DNA of 64,000 nucleotides, from contig CP070837.1 in NCBI GenBank assembly GCA_020341815.1, positions 311,035 to 375,034 on the forward strand, written 5' to 3'. How positions within the stretch are numbered: the stretch's first letter is position 1; each line of letters begins with the position of its first letter. The position numbers and the translations under genes were made by a program. Source of the DNA: Candidatus Omnitrophota bacterium (GTDB lineage Bacteria; Omnitrophota; Gorgyraeia; JAFGHF01). The notes below the pieces were generated by a model. That model worked only from the letters and a program-made list of their open reading frames with translations. It was not told where the DNA came from and made no database searches. Of the stretch, positions 57,824 through 64,000 are shown in pieces.

Positions 57824-58768
57824 ATGCAAAAAATAATAAAATTACGTGGTACCGAAGAGGCGCGCAAGCTCTTCGGGAATCAAGACGAAAACCTGAAATT
57901 CATTGAAACTGAGTTTTCTGTAAAGGTTTTCGCCCGGGGCGAAAACTTCACCCTCAAGGGTGAGGCCCTGAATGTCCAGAAAGCGCATCATTTCTGCCAG
58001 GAGCTTCTGGCAATAATCAGAAAGGACGGAGTGCTCAAGAAACAGGAGCTGCGCTATGCCGCTAAATCAGTAAACTCAGGCGCCATTAATAAATTCGGAC
58101 ATATTTATATGGACAGGATCGAGGTATCGGCAAAAAGAAAATATGTAGTCCCCAAGACCAAAGGGCAAAAAAGCTACATAGACGCAATCAGAAATTACGA
58201 TATAGTCTTTGCCATCGGCCCCGCAGGCACGGGCAAGACATATCTGGCAATGGCCCTGGCCGTTCAGGCCTTGACGAGACATGAGATCTCCCGCATTATC
58301 CTCACCCGTCCGGCAGTAGAGGCCGGAGAAAGCTTAGGCTTTTTGCCCGGTGATTTATACGAAAAGGTCTCGCCGTATTTACGTCCTTTGTATGATGCCC
58401 TTTACGATATGCTGGAGACGGAAAAGATAGAATCCTACACCAAGCGGGGAATAATCGAAGTAGCGCCCCTGGGTTTTATGCGGGGCAGGACTCTTAACGA
58501 CGCTTTTATTATCTTGGATGAAGCCCAAAACTGTAAACCCGAGCAGTTGAAGATGTTTCTCACCCGCTTAGGGTTCGACTCCAAAACAGTAATTACGGGC
58601 GACATAACTCAAAGTGACTTACCCGGAGGAAAACCCACAGGGCTCATTCAGGCGCGCGATTTGCTCGGAGACATTAAAGGCATAAAGTTTATCCATCTGA
58701 GCGACCAGGATGTAGTCAGACACGAGCTGGTTCAGGAAATTATCAAGGCCTATACCAAAAAGGGATAA
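57824..58768 (+). CDS. phoH: PhoH family ATPase
   Basis: GPAGTGKTYLA, RPAVEAGE.LGFLPG, MRGRTL and DEAQN motifs. Confidence 0.97.
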   Translation: MQKIIKLRGTEEARKLFGNQDENLKFIETEFSVKVFARGENFTLKGEALNVQKAHHFCQELLAIIRKDGVLKKQELRYAAKSVNSGAINKFGHIYMDRIEVSAKRKYVVPKTKGQKSYIDAIRNYDIVFAIGPAGTGKTYLAMALAVQALTRHEISRIILTRPAVEAGESLGFLPGDLYEKVSPYLRPLYDALYDMLETEKIESYTKRGIIEVAPLGFMRGRTLNDAFIILDEAQNCKPEQLKMFLTRLGFDSKTVITGDITQSDLPGGKPTGLIQARDLLGDIKGIKFIHLSDQDVVRHELVQEIIKAYTKKG

Positions 58769-58774
58769 AGGAAA

Positions 58775-61018
58775 ATGAAAAAGAATTTTCAATGGAAGAA
58801 AACAAGATATAGGGCCGTACAGACTACCACCCGGGGAGTTCTGGCAATAATTATTTGTCTGGCTACAATCTTTACCGTCTACATCGGAAGAAAACCTTAC
58901 GGCGAGGAGCTCAAGGAAGGAGATATTTCCTTAAGGACGATATATGCGCCGATAGATTTTAAATATCAGATAGGTGTAGACGAAGAAAAAACTGAAATTG
59001 CACGCAAAGAAGCAATGGCGGCAGTTGAAGAAATCTATGAAATAGAAGCGCAAACTATACAAAATACAAATGAAAAGCTCGATAACTTTTTCGCACAGAT
59101 TATCCTTGTTCAAAACTCAAAAGAAATTGAAGAAAATGAAAAATTAAAAAGAATAAAGGAGGCTTTAGGCCTTGAGCTTTCCGATCCTGATTTAAAGACT
59201 TTTCTGTCTGATGTCAACCCTGAAGAGACAAAAAATAAAATCAAAACTCTCTTGAAAAGGATTTTCACTAAAGGGATAATCTCCGGTGAATTGGAAAACA
59301 AGATAGCCGAATCCGGACAAAACTATGTCGTACTGAAAGATATAGACGGAACAGAGGAAACCAAAGTCTCCATAGAGAGATTTTCTAACATGGCCAAGGC
59401 AAAAAAAGAAATTGCCGTTGACGTGCAAAACCTGATGCCGGAAAACCGAAAATTGAGAATAGCGGCGATATCCCTGAGCGAGCTTTTACTCAAACCCAAT
59501 GTCCAATTTAACGAAGAGCTGACTAATCAAAAGCGGAAGCTCGCCTATGAAAACGCTCCTTTACAATATAAGGAAAGGGAAGTCAAGAAGGAAGAGTTGA
59601 TTATAGCCCGCGGCGAAAGAGTCCTCAGGGAGCATCTGGTCAAAATCAAAGCAATTTTCCGCCAGCAAATTAAGGCCAATCGCTTTATGTTTTTCTCCGG
59701 AGCGTTAATGTTGACTTTGATCTTCCTGGCCATAATTTCTATTTATTTAAAGTCCTACGAACCCAGGATATATTTAAGCACACGCAAATTAACAGCAGTG
59801 GCTATTTTATTTATTTTAATACTTATTCTGGCCAAAATCATCACCTATTCTCCACTGCCGAGTTATGCAATACCCACTGCCATTGCCTCCATACTTATAG
59901 CCATGCTGGTCAGTCCCCGACTGGCTATTATTGTCACCGGCATCCTGAGTATCCTTATAGGAATCATTGCCGGAGATAAGCTCAATATAGCCGCAGTGTG
60001 TTTTATAGGCGGTGTGGTGGGCGTATTTTTCATTAAAGGCGCACGGCGGCGTTCGCAAATCCTCATGACGGGATGCCTTGTGGGCCTGGCCAATTTCCTC
60101 ACTATCTGTGCGATTGAACTTCTGCATGGATTAAAATATACGGTGCTTTTAAAAGAAGGTTTCTGGGGGATAATTAATGGCTTAGGCTCGGCGGTAATTA
60201 TTACCGGAATCCTGCCTGTATTCGAAGGCCTCTTTAATATAACTACCAATATCAGCCTATTGGAGTTGTCGGACCTGAACCATCCTTTATTAAAAGATAT
60301 GGTTTTTAAGGCCCCGGGCACATATCACCACAGCTTGATCGTGGGAAATCTGGCCGAGGCCGCCAGCGAAGCCATCGGGGCAAACGCCCTTTTGGCGCGG
60401 GTGGGTTCATATTTCCATGATATCGGTAAAACCGAAAAGGCGGAATATTTCAGCGAAAACCAGATAGGCACGGCCAAAAAGAAACACGATACCCTAACCC
60501 CCAGCATGAGCAGCCTGATTATTACCAACCATGTCAAAGACGGAGTGGAGCTTGCCCGTAAATATAAACTCAATCAAGCGGTAATTGATTTTATCGAACA
60601 GCATCACGGTACAAGCCTTATTTATTATTTTTATCAACGGGCCCTGGAAAAGGCGGAAGAAGAGCTGCCCAAAGAGGAAGGCTTCCGCTATCCCGGTCCC
60701 AAGCCGCAGAGCAAGGAAACCGCAGTCGTGCTTCTGGCAGATTCGGTGGAAGCGGCCTCACGCACACTGGCTGACCCCACGCCGGCAAGAATAAAGGGCC
60801 TGGTGCGCAAAATTATCAACAATAAATTCATCGATAATCAGCTCGATCAATGCGAGCTGACCTTAAAAGACCTGGAAGTAATTAGCGATATCTTTGCCCA
60901 TATCTTGATGGGGATATTTCATTCCCGGGTAGAATATGAAGAAAAAGAGAAATCCGGAGAAACATTAAAGAGTGAAAATAAGAATAAAAAACAACCAAAG
61001 AAAAATAACCATAAATAA
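58775..61018 (+). CDS. 7TM-HDIG family phosphohydrolase (PgpH-like)
   Basis: Extracellular domain, 7 TM segments, APGTYHHS, HDIGK, HHGT and LADSVEAA motifs. Confidence 0.95.
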   Translation: MKKNFQWKKTRYRAVQTTTRGVLAIIICLATIFTVYIGRKPYGEELKEGDISLRTIYAPIDFKYQIGVDEEKTEIARKEAMAAVEEIYEIEAQTIQNTNEKLDNFFAQIILVQNSKEIEENEKLKRIKEALGLELSDPDLKTFLSDVNPEETKNKIKTLLKRIFTKGIISGELENKIAESGQNYVVLKDIDGTEETKVSIERFSNMAKAKKEIAVDVQNLMPENRKLRIAAISLSELLLKPNVQFNEELTNQKRKLAYENAPLQYKEREVKKEELIIARGERVLREHLVKIKAIFRQQIKANRFMFFSGALMLTLIFLAIISIYLKSYEPRIYLSTRKLTAVAILFILILILAKIITYSPLPSYAIPTAIASILIAMLVSPRLAIIVTGILSILIGIIAGDKLNIAAVCFIGGVVGVFFIKGARRRSQILMTGCLVGLANFLTICAIELLHGLKYTVLLKEGFWGIINGLGSAVIITGILPVFEGLFNITTNISLLELSDLNHPLLKDMVFKAPGTYHHSLIVGNLAEAASEAIGANALLARVGSYFHDIGKTEKAEYFSENQIGTAKKKHDTLTPSMSSLIITNHVKDGVELARKYKLNQAVIDFIEQHHGTSLIYYFYQRALEKAEEELPKEEGFRYPGPKPQSKETAVVLLADSVEAASRTLADPTPARIKGLVRKIINNKFIDNQLDQCELTLKDLEVISDIFAHILMGIFHSRVEYEEKEKSGETLKSENKNKKQPKKNNHK

Positions 61019-61376
61019 AAAAGATATAGCCAGAATCGCCGAAAAGATTCTTAAAATAAAAGGTTTCGAAAACGCAGAATTAAGTATTTTATTTACCGGA
61101 AAAAGAAATATCTGCGCGCTCAACAAAAAGTTCAGAAATATAAACAGGCCCACCGATGTCCTGGCCTTCAGCATGCGCGAAGGAGAGGATGCCGGCTTAC
61201 ACCCTGAGCTTCTGGGTGATGTGGTAATTTGTCCGGAAATTGCGCAAGGCGAAATTTATCTTTGTCTGGTGCACGGCATATTACATCTTCTTGGGTTTGA
61301 TGACTCGACTGACAAGAAGCATTCTATAATGAAAAGGGAGCAGTCACGAATCCTAAGGCAGGTTACCCAAAAATGA
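60972..61376 (+). CDS. ybeY: rRNA maturation endoribonuclease YbeY
   Basis: LNKKFR...PTDVLAF, LGDVVI and HGILHLLG motifs. Confidence 0.92.
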   Translation: MKIRIKNNQRKITINKKDIARIAEKILKIKGFENAELSILFTGKRNICALNKKFRNINRPTDVLAFSMREGEDAGLHPELLGDVVICPEIAQGEIYLCLVHGILHLLGFDDSTDKKHSIMKREQSRILRQVTQK

Positions 61377-62074
61377 AAAAACAAAATCTCGTTCAAAGCT
61401 TCAATTCCGCAATCGAGGGTTTCATTTATGTGGTCAAGACCCAGAGAAATATGCGCCTTCACTTTTTAGTGGCTATTTTGGTGCTTTTTTTGGGAATCTA
61501 TTTGAATTTGGAAAAGGTGGAAATCCTGCTTTTATTCATAGCTATCTGCTTTGTAATGCTTGCGGAAATGTTTAATACAGCCATAGAGATGAATACAGAT
61601 TTACTTGAAGAAAGTTTCAATCCCATAGTGCGCATAATCAAAGATATCTCTGCGGGATGTGTGTTAGTGGCTTCGGTAAATGCCTTTATTGTGGGGTATC
61701 TTTTATTTTTAAGCCGGCCATGGAAGGTGCATATCGAAAGCGGAATAGACAAAATTAAGTCTTCCCCCTGGCATATTACGCTGATAACCCTGGTTGTCGT
61801 TTTATTTCTGGTTCTCTTAAGCAAGGCTCTCCTGCACAGAGGCACTCCCTTAAGAGGGGGCATGCCCTCGGGGCATGCGGCGCTGGCCTTTTCCATCTGG
61901 ACAACCATCTCTTTTCTCGGGACCAACCATATAGCAATAGTCCTGGTTTTTATTCTGGCTCTTTTGGTAGCGCGTTCAAGGCTCGCAGGAGGCATCCACA
62001 CCATCTGGGAAGTAATTGCAGGGGCGGCGTTAGGGGTGCTTGTGCCTACATTGATATTTCAAATATTGAGATAA
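61373..62074 (+). CDS. Diacylglycerol/undecaprenol kinase fused to a PAP2 domain
   Basis: SFNSAIEG...QRNMRLH and EMFNTAIE motifs; C-terminal GMPSGH...SR...H. Confidence 0.9.
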   Translation: MKKQNLVQSFNSAIEGFIYVVKTQRNMRLHFLVAILVLFLGIYLNLEKVEILLLFIAICFVMLAEMFNTAIEMNTDLLEESFNPIVRIIKDISAGCVLVASVNAFIVGYLLFLSRPWKVHIESGIDKIKSSPWHITLITLVVVLFLVLLSKALLHRGTPLRGGMPSGHAALAFSIWTTISFLGTNHIAIVLVFILALLVARSRLAGGIHTIWEVIAGAALGVLVPTLIFQILR

Positions 62075-62102
62075 TTAATCTTAAAATTACCGGGAGTGAA
62101 AA

Positions 62103-62720
62103 ATGTTTAATAAAATAAAAAATAATTTTCTTACCGGGCTTGTGGTAATCCTTCCTCTTATTCTTACTATAATAATTTTCCGATTTCTGATAAAACAGAT
62201 TAACGATATTGTGCTGGTGCCGACAATGGAATTATTGGGTCTGCATTTCTATAATCCTTATTGGGTATATATATCCAGAGGCATCGGTTTTTTGATTATA
62301 GTTCTACTTATAATCTTAATCGGCCTGGCAACGAGATTGCTTCTCTTGCGTAAATTTTTCGGCTTCTGGGAAAAGCTGATAGCAAAAGTGCCGATGCTCG
62401 GCAAAATCTATATTACTATAAAACAGATAAGCCGCGCATTTTTAGGGCAGGGTAAATATGTATTTGATAAGGTGGTACTGGTCGAGTATCCGCGCCGGGG
62501 CATATATTCCCTGGGTTTTATTACAGCCGAAGGCTGCGAAGAAATCCAGGAAAAGACTAAAACAGGCAGCGTTTATGTCTTTTTACCCACTACCCCTAAC
62601 CCTACCAACGGCTTCTTCTTAATCATCCCCAAAGAGGAGGTCGTACCGCTTTCGATGTCCGTGGCCGATGCTTTTAAACTTATTGTTTCCGGCGGAACCT
62701 TCTCGCCGCCACATAAATAG
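62103..62720 (+). CDS. DUF502 domain membrane protein
   Basis: FLTGL...P, VEYPRRG and FLPTTPNPTNGF motifs. Confidence 0.92.
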   Translation: MFNKIKNNFLTGLVVILPLILTIIIFRFLIKQINDIVLVPTMELLGLHFYNPYWVYISRGIGFLIIVLLIILIGLATRLLLLRKFFGFWEKLIAKVPMLGKIYITIKQISRAFLGQGKYVFDKVVLVEYPRRGIYSLGFITAEGCEEIQEKTKTGSVYVFLPTTPNPTNGFFLIIPKEEVVPLSMSVADAFKLIVSGGTFSPPHK

Positions 62721-62811
62721 TATCTAGTATCTAGTCGTTAGTATCTAGTTAAAATTTTTTTGTCTTTTACTAGATACCAGATACAAGCGACTAGCGACTA
62801 ATTAGCGACTA
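62718..62811. repeat. Heptamer-array palindrome, copy 3 (core inverted)
   Basis: TAGTATC TAGTATC TAGTCGT TAGTATC, a T-rich core, then TAGATAC CAGATAC AAGCGAC TAGCGAC. Confidence 0.9.
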
Positions 62812-62816
62812 ATAAT

Positions 62817-63578
62817 ATGGCTATCCAGAAAAGCGAAGCGATTGTCTTGAAAACTTCTGACTTTCGCGAAACCAGCCTCGTGGTAAATCTTTTCACAAAG
62901 GATTTTGGCAAGCTCGGCGGCCTCATCAAAGGCATAAGGCTTACCCCCCAAAGATACGGGGGAATGCCTCTGATTTTCTCCCGCAGCTCCATTGTGTTTT
63001 ATCAAAATCCCAAAAGAGATTTAAGCCTGGTTACCCAGTGCGATGCCCAGGAACAATTCCTGCCTATCCGGGAAGATTTAGAAAAGACCGCTTACGCCAA
63101 TTATTTTCTCGAGCTTCTGGATACGGTTACCCAGGATTATGATAAAAACGAAAGGCTTTTTGAATTAACGGTCGATGCCTTAAGAGCCCTTTGTCATACC
63201 CGGGAAAGCTGGCGGATTGCCCGCATATTCGAAATTCGGCTTTTGAATTTTTCAGGGTTTAAGCCGCGCCTGGATTCCTGCGTCAACTGCCAAAAAGAGA
63301 TTGTTCAAGAGGCCCGCCTAAAGACTGGCGGGCAGGGCAGATTTAGTTCAATCCTGGGAGGCATACTTTGTGAGCGCTGCTTTGGGCATGATAAAAATGC
63401 CCAGGCAACACTAAAAGGAACCCTGGCCTCCATAGAGTATATTGAAAAATCGGACTGGTCCAAGGCACTGCGTCTTAAAATAGCTCCTGATATAGCGGCA
63501 GAGCTGGTAACCATTTTGAATAGCTTCCTGGATATCCACTTAGACAAAGAGATCAAATCCCGAAAATTTTTACACTGA
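62817..63578 (+). CDS. recO: DNA repair protein RecO
   Basis: AIVLK...ETS...LFTKDFGKL OB fold; CVNC...GGILCERC zinc finger; adjacent to glyQS. Confidence 0.95.
   Translation: MAIQKSEAIVLKTSDFRETSLVVNLFTKDFGKLGGLIKGIRLTPQRYGGMPLIFSRSSIVFYQNPKRDLSLVTQCDAQEQFLPIREDLEKTAYANYFLELLDTVTQDYDKNERLFELTVDALRALCHTRESWRIARIFEIRLLNFSGFKPRLDSCVNCQKEIVQEARLKTGGQGRFSSILGGILCERCFGHDKNAQATLKGTLASIEYIEKSDWSKALRLKIAPDIAAELVTILNSFLDIHLDKEIKSRKFLH
63310..63336. repeat. In-frame 24-bp palindromic insertion in recO
   Basis: AGG-CCCGCCTAAAGACTGGCGGGC-AGG, the same module as in rpsE. Confidence 0.85.
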
Positions 63579-63676
63579 GGGCGCTGAATTATCACTGAAA
63601 GCACTGAAAAAAATGACACTGAGAACACTGAATAAAACTCAGCGGCCTCAGTGGTCACTCTTCAGTGATTTCAGTG
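63573..63676. repeat. CACTGA-doublet palindromic repeat, copy 4
   Basis: Three CACTGA doublets then two TCAG(T/C)G doublets; the first unit contains the recO TGA stop. Confidence 0.9.
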
Positions 63677-63686
63677 ACAAAAATTC

Positions 63687-63715
63687 TTGATTTAGAGACG
63701 AAATTGTGTTAAATT
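63687..63715 (+). promoter_or_regulatory. Sigma70-type promoter for glyQS
   Basis: TTGATT-17 bp-TAAATT with an extended TG motif. Confidence 0.55.
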
Positions 63716-63724
63716 AAACAGACT

Positions 63725-64000
63725 ATGGCCAAGGCAAAGACAGAAACATCAATGGAAAAAATCACCTCTCTGTGCAAGCGCAGGGGCTTTATCTTTCAGA
63801 ATAGCGAAATCTATGGGGGCCTGGCCAGTACCTGGGATTACGGGCCCTTAGGAGTAGAGCTTAAGCGAAATGTCAAAGAGGCCTGGTGGGCAAGTTCTGT
63901 TTATGAAAGAGACGATATTGCCGGACTCGATGCGGCAATCCTGATGCATCCTAAAGCCTGGCAGGCTTCCGGGCATGTGAAAAGCTTCTTCGATCTTTTA
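63725..64000 (+). CDS. glyQS: Glycine--tRNA ligase, homodimeric type (partial, cut by window end)
   Basis: Manual translation ...[46 protein letters not shown]...ASGHV. Confidence 0.95.
   Translation, partial: MAKAKTETSMEKITSLCKRRGFIFQNSEIYGGLASTWDYGPLGVELKRNVKEAWWASSVYERDDIAGLDAAILMHPKAWQASGHVKSFFDLL

Noticed and set aside
185-63658. Numerous minus-strand and alternate-frame ORFs in the ORF track
   Set aside because: They are shadows of well-supported plus-strand genes and have no recognisable motifs. Only exeA and exeB are credible minus-strand genes.

Overview
Gene-dense bacterial core-genome window with nearly all genes on the + strand. It is probably from the PVC superphylum (Candidatus Omnitrophota-like); this is inferred from the PVC signature small basic protein and the absence of rpmD. 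Contents in order: the S10-spc-alpha ribosomal superoperon (rplV tail to rplQ, with secY, adk, map, infA, rpoA); a TCA/amino-acid block interrupted by pilT; glycolipid/envelope genes; rpsU; aroQ-pepP-efp-accBC; pfkA, gmhA, rfaE2, thiE, thiC; tRNA-Gly(CCC); an ATPase-phosphoesterase-dGTPase-HD-GYP block; aroB; exeA/exeB; dnaE; HU; hisS-aspS; phoH-HDIG-ybeY-dgkA; recO; and the start of glyQS. No transposase, integrase, CRISPR array or rRNA was seen. The main unexplained signal is a set of small palindromic elements, four multi-copy families plus single-copy hairpins, placed so that essential genes apparently stay expressed. (1) A 109-110 bp TIR element flanked by TGAA repeats sits exactly in three start codons. 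It rebuilds an SD plus GTG, and in two copies it creates a 38-aa ORF that stops on the new start. (2) CACTGA-doublet palindromes occur four times, twice between a strong SD and the ATG of rpsC and rplQ. (3) A 24-bp hairpin module is inserted in frame in rpsE and recO. (4) Heptamer-array palindromes lie at three gene junctions.
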